Below are positions 27,017-35,700 of a stretch of 62,650 bases of DNA, piece after piece (the first letter of the stretch is position 1; every line of letters starts with the position of its first letter). The notes under the pieces were generated by a model, which saw only the letters and a program-made list of their open reading frames with translations, made no database searches and was not told where the DNA came from. The DNA is taken from the IMG/VR virus record IMGVR_UViG_3300020044_006256, positions 1-62,650 of that record. One strand, 5' to 3'. The position numbers and the translations under genes are program-made. The stretch comes from a virus (lineage: Duplodnaviria > Caudoviricetes).

Positions 27017-27232
27017 CTATCTACTCATCTTGTGAGCAAACATTTTAATTATGGTAGTTGGCTTTATTATCTTGCAAAGTAATCTTAAAAAAAAACCAGC
27101 ATTAGTTGTATGTGGACTTTCCGCATAAGTTTGTGCTGCATCATCTAATGCAGATTTGATTGGCTCTGGAATTTTATCCAAGTCAGATAAATCAATATTT
27201 CGGTTAAAAATTCTCATAGTGAGTTTTGCCAT
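27017..27232 (-). CDS. Hypothetical lysis-cassette protein
   Basis: Follows endolysin; start probably ATG ~27217. Confidence 0.45.
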   Translation of the reverse strand: MAKLTMRIFNRNIDLSDLDKIPEPIKSALDDAAQTYAESPHTTNAGFFLRLLCKIIKPTTIIKMFAHKMSR

Positions 27233-27656
27233 TTACCTTAACTGCTTTTAAAGTCTGTTGCTTATTTGCACCCGAGTATGAAACGTGTACCCAGTCTGGA
27301 TTCTTTTTATCTCCAAACTCCCAAATCAGCTGGTCATATTTCAAGTTGTCTTTTATCCAATAAAATATCTGAGCATTGTTGACCTTGTCTCCTTTCATAT
27401 CAATATCGATTGCCTCTCCTCTGCAATGTTGGCTTGTGATACTTCCTCTTATGGCTTGGTTAAGGTTTATTATTCGATATCCAGAAGAGATATGTATAGG
27501 CACATTAAAATGCTCACGTACTGGCTCAAATACTTTCTCAGCCAATCTAGTTAGATTAGCAATCTGTCCTTGTGTTGGTGCGTTAGTAATACCTAATTTG
27601 ATTGCAGTCTCTGAGTATGTTAATTCCTCAAGAGTTAAATGTTTACTTATTTTCAT
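27204..27656 (-). CDS. Endolysin, peptidase M15A family
   Basis: ISSGYR, SQHCRGEAID, DQLIWEF, WVHVSY. Confidence 0.9.
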   Translation of the reverse strand: MKISKHLTLEELTYSETAIKLGITNAPTQGQIANLTRLAEKVFEPVREHFNVPIHISSGYRIINLNQAIRGSITSQHCRGEAIDIDMKGDKVNNAQIFYWIKDNLKYDQLIWEFGDKKNPDWVHVSYSGANKQQTLKAVKVNGKTHYENF

Positions 27657-27831
27657 TTTGGTCTTTTTTTAATAGTTTAAAAATTTGTATTGCAGTATAT
27701 AGAATTGAAAAAGTTAATAGTATTAGTTTCAATGCAGATTCAATGTTACTGAAAGAGATTACCATAGATACAGTATTCAATAGGTAGATTTTTAGGGATT
27801 GGTTAATCATTGGATTATATTTAGATGTCAT
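27643..27831 (-). CDS. Holin-like small membrane protein
   Basis: Two hydrophobic segments, basic C-terminus, upstream of endolysin. Confidence 0.55.
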   Translation of the reverse strand: MTSKYNPMINQSLKIYLLNTVSMVISFSNIESALKLILLTFSILYTAIQIFKLLKKDQNENK

Positions 27832-27835
27832 TATT

Positions 27836-28177
27836 TTATTTTATATACGTTATTAAATCCTTTATTATAAGGCATAAAGAGATGCCACAAGTAACTAAAA
27901 TTAATAATAGTATATTTGGTAACCACAAACAAAAAAGACCTCCCAAAAGGCTTCCTATTGCAGTTCTTATGACATCATTATAATCAAAGTAAGACTTCAT
28001 CAAATAAGATTGTACCCATTCCCAAAAGAAACCAGCAAATCCTCCAATAATTAAAGATATTAAAGGCACTCCGATAATCTTGCTATAAGTATTAAACTCT
28101 GCAAAGTTTGTTACTGAGCCAATTAAATACATAATTGTAAACCCGATAAAAATATGGTAATAGTCTCTTTTATTCAT
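27836..28177 (-). CDS. Multi-TM membrane protein
   Basis: WEW.Q...FD.ND motif; orthologue of 60860..61204. Confidence 0.65.
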   Translation of the reverse strand: MNKRDYYHIFIGFTIMYLIGSVTNFAEFNTYSKIIGVPLISLIIGGFAGFFWEWVQSYLMKSYFDYNDVIRTAIGSLLGGLFCLWLPNILLLILVTCGISLCLIIKDLITYIK

Positions 28178-28502
28178 AGCTAAAATTGTTGTTTATTGCT
28201 TTGATGCAATGGTCCTTTTCTATCTTGTCTAATATCCACACTAATATTGCACCAATTAGCTTTAAAGTTCTATCTCTTTGATTCTTTCCTAGTGCAGATG
28301 ACAATGTCTCTCTATCATTCCCAAATTGATAGCCATCCTCTTCAATCAAAACCTTATTCCACATTGCTCGAAATTCTCTATTGGCAAACTTATCGATGTT
28401 TATACCAGTAGACTTGAAATAACCGCTTTTGTTCTTAACAAAAAAGAAGTTTATAATCGTTAAAGGTAATAGTAATATGTAAGCAATAATAAAAAGAATC
28501 AT
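28170..28502 (-). CDS. Conserved phage membrane-anchored protein
   Basis: IDKFANREF, FG..ETLSSALGKN, HCIKAI; near-identical to 61899..62213. Confidence 0.7.
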   Translation of the reverse strand: MILFIIAYILLLPLTIINFFFVKNKSGYFKSTGINIDKFANREFRAMWNKVLIEEDGYQFGNDRETLSSALGKNQRDRTLKLIGAILVWILDKIEKDHCIKAINNNFSYE

Positions 28503-28933
28503 AATTGTATTTCATTTGCTTGTATAAATATCTCATCTACTTGTGCATCTGTCAATCCTAGTACATTTTGTAATAGTTGTACTGTTTGGCTACTTCTTTC
28601 TACTGTTGTTCCGTAGTTCCAGATGTATAATGCTCCAGTTTTAGTTGGCTCAGATAAACTATTTAATGCGTTTTCTATTGCTTCCTCTAATCCACCAAGT
28701 TTTAAAATTACTCTTACTCTCCAAAGTTGTACCTCTTGTGGTATTTCTATACTGTCGGCTATTTCTTGACTTGTGGCATTTTCGTAAAATATTCTAGTTT
28801 CAAAGTTGAAATAAGGATTTACAAAATTTTCTGTTAAAAGTTCATCAATAGCCAATTCATTAGATTGTAAATTTTCAACCTCTAAAACCGCATATAATAA
28901 TTTACCGCTATTTTTATCAATAATTGTTTTCAT
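28499..28933 (-). CDS. Tail fibre-associated (assembly chaperone-like) protein
   Basis: Directly after tail fibre; LGLTDAQVDEIFIQA C-terminus; N-terminal third identical to 62210..62644. Confidence 0.6.
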   Translation of the reverse strand: MKTIIDKNSGKLLYAVLEVENLQSNELAIDELLTENFVNPYFNFETRIFYENATSQEIADSIEIPQEVQLWRVRVILKLGGLEEAIENALNSLSEPTKTGALYIWNYGTTVERSSQTVQLLQNVLGLTDAQVDEIFIQANEIQL

Positions 28934-30333
28934 ATTAATTTGTTATTTGAACGCTACTAATTTGGTAAGACTCGGTTGTTGCTGTTGGTTGAATTGATAC
29001 ATACAAATAGAAATCCGCAGAAGTTGTAATTGCAGTTGATAACCTTGCATTAGCATTTTGTATAAAATCTGAAAACAAAGATGTTGTTGCTACTACACCT
29101 TGTAGTAAAGAACTCTTTATCTCAAAATGTCTTTGTATTGTTGAATAGGGATTAAATGCCGAAGTTGTTGTCGCAGTTGCGATGGTTGTAGCAGTTGCAA
29201 AGTTGTTCGTTGAATTTATTTTTAGTCTAACAGTAAAACCAGTTCCAGCATTAGTTGAAACAGTTTGATAGGCTCTAATCACAACATTCATAAAATCAGT
29301 ACTTGCCAATGTGTTTGCAGAAATAGTATATGTTTTTGCTAATGTTTCAGCAGTAACTCCACTAACTGTTGATGAAGCAACCGCATCTGAAACTATTGAT
29401 TTTATTCTTGCATTTAATTGCGTTTGAATAGAACTTGTAACATTATCCAAATATCCTATTTCAGTTGCAGAAACAGTACCTATTGAAGTTGTACTTGGTA
29501 ATACTACAGTTCCAGTAAATGTTGGACTTGCTAATGGTGCTATTCCTAAAGCACTTGCAGTTTTATTTTTCCAAAGTGATGTTGAGTTTTCATAGGCTAA
29601 TAGATTATTATCGGCTAACCCACTTATTGAAACATCGTGTATTTCGTTTAATTCAAATCCATTTTGAACTTTTACAATAATTTCTCCAACTGTTGCACTT
29701 ACTCTTGACACTACACCGATATATACTAAATGTGCTGGAGCAGTTGGTTTGTTTGCTAATCCAAATAATAAATTACCCGAAGTACCTAACCAAACCGCAT
29801 CGCCAATAGTTGCAGTTGAAGTGTCTAAACCATCTAATAAACCACTTGTAATTACATTTACAATAGCATTAGTTGCTCCTGTTGTTTCGAGTAAACCAAG
29901 TGTTTTGCTACTTGTAGCCTCACTTGTATTTGATGCTTTTGAAACGATTATATTCGTTCCGTTTGCGCTTGAAATATAAACCGCTTGACCTTTAGTAATT
30001 CCTAAAGCTAATTTAACAGTAATCTTATCAACTGCGTTTGTGTTTATGTTTGATATTGCAGTATTTACAGCATCAACAGTTGGAAATTTAACACCAGTTC
30101 CATCAGCAGATAAACTATTTTGTTTGTTACCGCTATTTTCTTTTAATGCAAGTGCATCAAATACTCCATTTGAACTTACTGCATTACTACTTCCATCAGT
30201 TGGGGTTGCATCTATTAAAGGTATATCGTCAGTAGTAGCAAAATAATAACCTCCACTTGGTTTATTTGGCAATTCAAATTGTGGATTTTCGCCATTTTCT
30301 ATAAATGTTGCTAATATAAGAGCTTCACCACCA
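28776..30333. repeat. 1558 bp segment shared by both phage circles
   Basis: Left 164 bp equal 62487-62650 and right 121 bp equal 1-121. Confidence 0.8.
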
Positions 30334-31004
30334 CCCATCAAAGGTGCTTTTAATCTTAGAAAACCACCCTCTGTTTTTACATATCCATTAGTTTCGTCAT
30401 TGTCGTAATAAGTAGATATTATATTTCCTTTTACTTTTATTTCATTTGTAGTTTCATTACCGTTATCAGTAACTTGTTGCAATGTTGCAACGCCACTATT
30501 CACTAACTCCCAAACCGCACTTCCTGTCGTTGCATCCGTACAAAGGTAAATATCGCCATTGTCTAAAATCCATCTCGTATCTACGACAAAGCCTTTTGTA
30601 TCGTCATCTGTAACTGTTGGAGTAACTGCGAAATTGTGCGATACTTCTCTAATGGTTGTACCGCCATCGTTCATTATGTAAAGTCTACCTGCTTCCCACT
30701 TATGCTCGTAGCCAACTGCACAAATTTGCGAGATACCTTTTGCGCCTCCGTTTCCTGCATCGATTGTTCCTTTTTTAAGCATCGAACCGTTATCGAGAAT
30801 TACAGCATCGCCATTGGAAATGGATATGTCTGTTCCATCGGTAATGTTTCCGAGTGCTAGGGTTTCGGCTAGGGTTTGAGAGCCTCCGAACTCTGAAAAC
30901 TTAACAGATTTTGATGTGTTTGTGGAAATATCAACAATCTCTAAAACATCATCCGCTGCGGGTGTTCCTATATCTGTTAAATCGGTAATTTTTTTATTTG
31001 CCAT
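28935..31004 (-). CDS. Tail fibre/receptor-binding protein (B-type N-terminus, shared C-terminus)
   Basis: MANKKITDL anchor; TLQQVTDNGN, DATPTDGSSNAVSSNGVFDAL, APLASPTFTG fibre motifs; Thr/Ser-rich tip. Confidence 0.8.
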   Translation of the reverse strand: MANKKITDLTDIGTPAADDVLEIVDISTNTSKSVKFSEFGGSQTLAETLALGNITDGTDISISNGDAVILDNGSMLKKGTIDAGNGGAKGISQICAVGYEHKWEAGRLYIMNDGGTTIREVSHNFAVTPTVTDDDTKGFVVDTRWILDNGDIYLCTDATTGSAVWELVNSGVATLQQVTDNGNETTNEIKVKGNIISTYYDNDETNGYVKTEGGFLRLKAPLMGGGEALILATFIENGENPQFELPNKPSGGYYFATTDDIPLIDATPTDGSSNAVSSNGVFDALALKENSGNKQNSLSADGTGVKFPTVDAVNTAISNINTNAVDKITVKLALGITKGQAVYISSANGTNIIVSKASNTSEATSSKTLGLLETTGATNAIVNVITSGLLDGLDTSTATIGDAVWLGTSGNLLFGLANKPTAPAHLVYIGVVSRVSATVGEIIVKVQNGFELNEIHDVSISGLADNNLLAYENSTSLWKNKTASALGIAPLASPTFTGTVVLPSTTSIGTVSATEIGYLDNVTSSIQTQLNARIKSIVSDAVASSTVSGVTAETLAKTYTISANTLASTDFMNVVIRAYQTVSTNAGTGFTVRLKINSTNNFATATTIATATTTSAFNPYSTIQRHFEIKSSLLQGVVATTSLFSDFIQNANARLSTAITTSADFYLYVSIQPTATTESYQISSVQITN

Positions 31005-31005
31005 A

Positions 31006-31575
31006 TTATACTATTCTATAATCGTTGTTTTCTAATATTCTAAACTCTCCATCCTGCGTGATTCTAAAATCTAATCCCGAATCTATAAACCCAGCACCCA
31101 TCAAATCATTTATAAAATAGGCTTCGTTTTCTTCTTTACCGGTAAAATCAATTTTAAAGCCATTAAAATCTGCTTTAGAACTTCCGGTTGCATATCCTAA
31201 AGTTCCTGCTTCTAATCCGTTGTAAATGCCAAAAATTCTATATCTTCCATTCCTATCTTTAAAAATTACCCGATAATCTTTAGCGGTTAACTTTGTTAGT
31301 TCGAATCCATCATTTGCACCTAGTAAAGTCAACGAAATACTTTGATTGTGCATTTTTCCACCTGCATCAACTTCCATCGTATCCGTTGCGGATGGGTTTG
31401 CAACTGAATAAAAAGGATAAATTATAGTACTTGGAAACGTTGTTAATACGTTACCGCTTGTAACTATCTGACTTCGGTTGTATTTCACATAAGGAAACAA
31501 CCATATTTCAGACAATCCTCCTAGACTATCCTTGCATTTTCTAAAATAATTACTATTTATTGTGATACAACTCAT
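31006..31575 (-). CDS. Second tail-tube-like paralogue with C-terminal extension
   Basis: CKDSLGGL, KDRNG, NG..IDFTG shared with 34091..34603. Confidence 0.6.
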   Translation of the reverse strand: MSCITINSNYFRKCKDSLGGLSEIWLFPYVKYNRSQIVTSGNVLTTFPSTIIYPFYSVANPSATDTMEVDAGGKMHNQSISLTLLGANDGFELTKLTAKDYRVIFKDRNGRYRIFGIYNGLEAGTLGYATGSSKADFNGFKIDFTGKEENEAYFINDLMGAGFIDSGLDFRITQDGEFRILENNDYRIV

Positions 31576-32081
31576 TAATTATCGCCACTTAAAAACCAAC
31601 CCCCGTTCAAACTAATGTCTTTTGTAGCATTTACACGCTCTGAAAACAGCAAATATTCAGGTAATGGGTTGTATAAAATCCATTTCTCAAAGCGTTGAAC
31701 GTACATTTGAGCCATTAGACTATATTTTTGTGCTAAAAATTGAGCCTCTTGCTTGTCAACTACTTCGATATTATCTCCGGTGTGTTTAAATAAACCTCCG
31801 TTATTAAGCATATAAGACGCTATTTCTATATATTGAGCCAAAGACTCATTCTTTGTAATTGGTTTTATAAAATCATTGTATAAAGTTTCATACAATCCTG
31901 TCAGCGTTGTATTTTCAACATCGATTTTAATCTTATTGTATAATTCCGTACCAAGTAGCGGTTCAATAGTTGTAATTTGTACGGATGCAATACAGAAAAC
32001 ATATTTATCAATGTCAACATTACCCCCTAATATGGTTGTTGCTGTGATTTCTTCGGGTGATATGAATAAAAGTTCTGCCAT
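31575..32081 (-). CDS. Head-tail adaptor/connector protein
   Basis: Orthologue of 1293..1796. Confidence 0.6.
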   Translation of the reverse strand: MAELLFISPEEITATTILGGNVDIDKYVFCIASVQITTIEPLLGTELYNKIKIDVENTTLTGLYETLYNDFIKPITKNESLAQYIEIASYMLNNGGLFKHTGDNIEVVDKQEAQFLAQKYSLMAQMYVQRFEKWILYNPLPEYLLFSERVNATKDISLNGGWFLSGDN

Positions 32082-32085
32082 AATA

Positions 32086-33708
32086 TTAATTTAATGCGCC
32101 TCTGTTTGGCATATTAATAGGTTCTAAACCTGCTAATCCTTTTGCCGGTTGTTGTTTTGTTTTATCAATAGCTATTGGAGAATAAACATCTACTTTTACG
32201 TTTTCGTCTTTTCTCTTGTATGTCAATTTTTCCCAATAATGATGGCAATTTACACCGCCTTTATATTTAAAAATATCGTATGTACTTGCTCCTTTCGGTC
32301 CAAAACCTGCATTTACAGGTATATCTGCCATAGCTTCTATATCTTCTATTCGATAAACTTTCCCTGAAGAAATCATTTTGCTACAAAAAATCCTTTCTCC
32401 AATTGCACTACCTGCATATCTATAACGTGTTATAGTATCAAACAAATCATATCTTGACTTGTTATAAGGCGTTGCTGTTCCTGTTGATGCTAAACCTATT
32501 TTTGTTTCTTCATCATAATCAACAGGTTTACATTCGACTAATTCGTAGTTGGTTAAATCTTCAACTTCACCCAATTCGATAAACATGTCCAAAGGGGATT
32601 TCTCAACACTCAAAGTAACTGGTGCTTGTACTTCGGTTAATGGTCTGAAATATAAATCTAAACTTATACCATAAGCAGAAAGAACTTCTTTAAAAGCTTC
32701 AATTAAAAACTTTTGCTTTGGTTGTATTACTCGCTTGATAAGTTGCGCTTCTGCTGTGTCTAATTCATCCGCATTATTCCCGAATCCTGTTGCGTCTTTT
32801 ATCCCGAATAACATAGGAGAAACAACTCGATGCGAAGTCATTATTTGCTGTCTGCTTTCGCTTGTCAAATATTCCCATTGTTTGTGCATTTGCTCATTAA
32901 CAGGAAACGGTGTGATTGTAATTTCGGCATCTCTACCGTTGAATGATAAAACAAAGGATAATGCATTTGGCGAGCCTGTAAGTTTTTCTTTTATCTTTCT
33001 TTCAAACTCCTTTTTTTCTTCAGTTGTATAGCTTTTACCATCGGGAATATTTATGATATAACCAGCGGACAATCCTTTGCGGATGCAGTTAATATAAAAG
33101 TTTGCGATTTCTTCTTCAAGTTCGCAATAAGGCAAACCTGCTAAATAGTCCGGGTCGCTAAAATATGTCTTACCGGCTTTGTATGGTTTACCGTTATAAA
33201 TTTGAATTGAATCTTTACCAAACCCAAAAGCGGAGAAAGGCATCGGTGTATATTTATTAGTATTCTTCCAATCCTTACAATAGTAATATTTTTCTATTTC
33301 TTCTTCGTTATTTTCTTTTTGTGGCGCAATGCGTTCTTTAGGCAAATGTTTTATTGATCCTAAATCTTTACCATCTTTAGTTTTTATAACTTGGTATGAA
33401 AACTCGTTAAACATTACATAGTCAGAAATTATCTTTCTAACATCCTGGTCCTTCATTATAGTCTTGAAACGTAACCAATCGGTAATATTATCCTTTGCAT
33501 TTTTAGCGTATAAACCATTACCGTACATTAAATCGATATATGAATTAATTACCGCAGAATTAGTAGCAGAGCCATTATAACGCCCAATTATATATTGATA
33601 AAAGGAATTGTCTTTACCGTTTAAAACCCAATCTTTAGATGCGTTTTCTTCAATCTTCGGTCTTATGTATTGGTTTAATTGAATTAAAGTAATATCTTCT
33701 TTATTCAT
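32086..33708 (-). CDS. Portal protein with C-terminal Cys/His (MuF-like) extension
   Basis: SHRVVSPMLFGIKD, GFGNNADEL; ERIFC...KGGVNCHHYW. Confidence 0.8.
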   Translation of the reverse strand: MNKEDITLIQLNQYIRPKIEENASKDWVLNGKDNSFYQYIIGRYNGSATNSAVINSYIDLMYGNGLYAKNAKDNITDWLRFKTIMKDQDVRKIISDYVMFNEFSYQVIKTKDGKDLGSIKHLPKERIAPQKENNEEEIEKYYYCKDWKNTNKYTPMPFSAFGFGKDSIQIYNGKPYKAGKTYFSDPDYLAGLPYCELEEEIANFYINCIRKGLSAGYIINIPDGKSYTTEEKKEFERKIKEKLTGSPNALSFVLSFNGRDAEITITPFPVNEQMHKQWEYLTSESRQQIMTSHRVVSPMLFGIKDATGFGNNADELDTAEAQLIKRVIQPKQKFLIEAFKEVLSAYGISLDLYFRPLTEVQAPVTLSVEKSPLDMFIELGEVEDLTNYELVECKPVDYDEETKIGLASTGTATPYNKSRYDLFDTITRYRYAGSAIGERIFCSKMISSGKVYRIEDIEAMADIPVNAGFGPKGASTYDIFKYKGGVNCHHYWEKLTYKRKDENVKVDVYSPIAIDKTKQQPAKGLAGLEPINMPNRGALN

Positions 33709-34003
33709 AATAATATAATCCGTTTGTTAATTTATAATCTTCCAACTCTTGCGATGTCGCTAATAATTTACCACGATAAACTACTCCGCTTTCATCTGTA
33801 ATTTTTACCCTCATTTTTTGATTTTCTATAAACGTGTAATCAAAAGAAACAGAAAGAATCCCATTGGCTGTTGAAGCTGTATTCGTGATTGTTTCAGATA
33901 CCTTTGTAGCTTCATTTTGAAACTCCAAAACAAGTTCATTAGAATAGTATCTAGGTATTAAATTAAGGGTGTGTGATGTGTTATTTGGGTTTACTACATT
34001 CAT
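33701..34003 (-). CDS. Virion structural protein (head closure-like)
   Basis: Start MNVVNPN at 34003; orthologue of 3700..4053. Confidence 0.6.
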   Translation of the reverse strand: MNVVNPNNTSHTLNLIPRYYSNELVLEFQNEATKVSETITNTASTANGILSVSFDYTFIENQKMRVKITDESGVVYRGKLLATSQELEDYKLTNGLYYYE

Positions 34004-34009
34004 ATCTAT

Positions 34010-34037
34010 TAAATACAAAAAGAGCATTTCTGTTTCA
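34010..34037 (-). promoter_or_regulatory. Phage B late promoter TGAAACAG-N12-TGTATTTA
   Basis: Identical boxes and spacing at 43641-43668. Confidence 0.65.
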
Positions 34038-34070
34038 AAAAAAAACCATCACATTAAAGCGATGGTTTTT
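34037..34070 (-). terminator. Intrinsic terminator after tail tube gene
   Basis: AAAACCATCGC/GTGATGGTTTT hairpin plus T run. Confidence 0.7.
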
Positions 34071-34090
34071 AAAATAGTAAAAAGAAAATA

Positions 34091-34603
34091 TTAATCTACT
34101 AAAGCAAGAAAGGCAGTTACTGTTGTTCCATCTAATTTAGGAGACAAAGAACCGGTTGTTGCAACACCTGTTAAAGTGTAACCGTTTAATTCTCCTTTTG
34201 CTCCTCCTGTTGTTTGTGCTACTGTAAAATCAATTCCATCATCAATTCCTAAAGCGTGATAAACTCCATTTCTGTCTTTTACAACAGCCATAGGGAAACC
34301 ATAAGCCAAAAGATTCATTTGAGCCGATGTAGTAGCATTAATTTGTTTTAATACAAATGTTAATGTTTGGGTGTTTACCGAAGTACCGCTGTTTCTGTCA
34401 GATGCTAAACTTTCAGCAACATTATTCCCATCGCCTTCCAACTCGTATTCGAAAACGGTTGTTAAAGATGGGTTAATTGCTGTTACTATACCTGCTGCAA
34501 AAGTGAACGGATTTTCAACAAAATTGAAAAGGAATAGTTTACCTAAACCCCCCAAACTTTGCTTACATACTTTTGAACGCCCTGCTGTTAAATCACAAGC
34601 CAT
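34091..34603 (-). CDS. Major tail (tube) protein-like
   Basis: Orthologue of 4152..4676. Confidence 0.6.
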   Translation of the reverse strand: MACDLTAGRSKVCKQSLGGLGKLFLFNFVENPFTFAAGIVTAINPSLTTVFEYELEGDGNNVAESLASDRNSGTSVNTQTLTFVLKQINATTSAQMNLLAYGFPMAVVKDRNGVYHALGIDDGIDFTVAQTTGGAKGELNGYTLTGVATTGSLSPKLDGTTVTAFLALVD

Positions 34604-34668
34604 ATTTTTTTATGTGTTATAATAATGGGGTGTAAGTTTGATTTTACACCCCTTTATCTGATTAATTA

Positions 34669-35685
34669 TTATCCTCCGTAAAGTACTCCTTTTGTAGCTT
34701 GTCCAACATTGGCAGCTAAAGTATAGATTGAACGTACAAATTGAACATCCCCATCATTAACCAATTTACCAACTTCGAATCTGTTTACATCGTCTAACAA
34801 GTCAGTATTCCAAGAAACAGCAACTTTACGTTGTGCGTAAGCCATCAAGTTGTTTGGTGTTGGAACAAATAAGATTTCAACTCCATTGTAATAACATTTT
34901 GAATCGTTAGCAGCAGAATCAAACAAGAAGTTAATTTGTTGCGCAGCTCCAACTGCATTGTTTGCTATTCTCGCAAGTTGTCTCCAAGCACGTGGAGCGT
35001 AGATAACTGTTGGGTTAACTGTATCGGCTAAATTTTCAGCAGGAATAGCAGCGTAAATTTTAGCACATTCCGCAGCGATGTTAGCAGCAGTTACCGTAGT
35101 TCCTGTTACTTTAATATAACCACCGATTGCTGATTGGTCGTAAAGTACTTTAGCGAAAACTCCATCAACTAAACCAGCAGTCAAAGCAGCAACAGCAGTT
35201 TGAGTTGCAGCAGTAATTGAACCTTGTGCAGCGTTTGGTGTTAAAGCAGCGATTGCAGTTTTTGTTGCAGCAGTAATTCCACCCCAAAAGATATTTTCAG
35301 CATCTTGTGAAACATTTGGTCCAACCATAGCTAAAACGGTAGAAGCAAATTCAGAAGATTCAATATTCCAAGCGCCAGGGGTCATAGTACGGTTGAATCT
35401 TGAAGTTCTTAAAGAATCTTGTAAGAACGTTTGTTTGTACTCCAATTTTGTTGGGGTAATTGTACGGTCTGTAATTGTCATTGAACCACTAGAAGATAAT
35501 GCACTTCCTGTGTAAAGTTGAGCGGTAACATCTACACCTGCTTCGGTAAAGATTGTTCCTGCTTTAATGTCTGTGTTGAATGTAACGTAACCATCCGCAA
35601 TCGTTTTGTTTGCGAATAATACTTCTTCTAGGATTGGTTCAACTGCAACCCCTCTAATGTCTACCGGTGTATAAGATAATGCCAT
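34669..35685 (-). CDS. Major capsid protein
   Basis: Follows protease-scaffold; homologous to 4738..5649; GGGGTGTAA/TTACACCCC hairpin downstream (34627-34652). Confidence 0.8.
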   Translation of the reverse strand: MALSYTPVDIRGVAVEPILEEVLFANKTIADGYVTFNTDIKAGTIFTEAGVDVTAQLYTGSALSSSGSMTITDRTITPTKLEYKQTFLQDSLRTSRFNRTMTPGAWNIESSEFASTVLAMVGPNVSQDAENIFWGGITAATKTAIAALTPNAAQGSITAATQTAVAALTAGLVDGVFAKVLYDQSAIGGYIKVTGTTVTAANIAAECAKIYAAIPAENLADTVNPTVIYAPRAWRQLARIANNAVGAAQQINFLFDSAANDSKCYYNGVEILFVPTPNNLMAYAQRKVAVSWNTDLLDDVNRFEVGKLVNDGDVQFVRSIYTLAANVGQATKGVLYGG

Positions 35686-35700
35686 TGTTTGTTTTTTTTA

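Larger units (their letters stand above)
1..30212 (-). mobile_element. Phage A, apparently complete ~30.2 kb siphovirus genome with no lysogeny module
   Basis: Full terminase, portal, capsid, tail, lysis and replication set on the minus strand; position 30213 onward repeats position 1, closing a circle. Confidence 0.85.

Noticed and set aside
28499-28933. Diversity-generating retroelement or shufflon explanation for the duplicated fibre-region sequences
   Set aside because: No reverse transcriptase or invertase; differences between copies are not adenine-specific and repeats are direct, genome-length apart.
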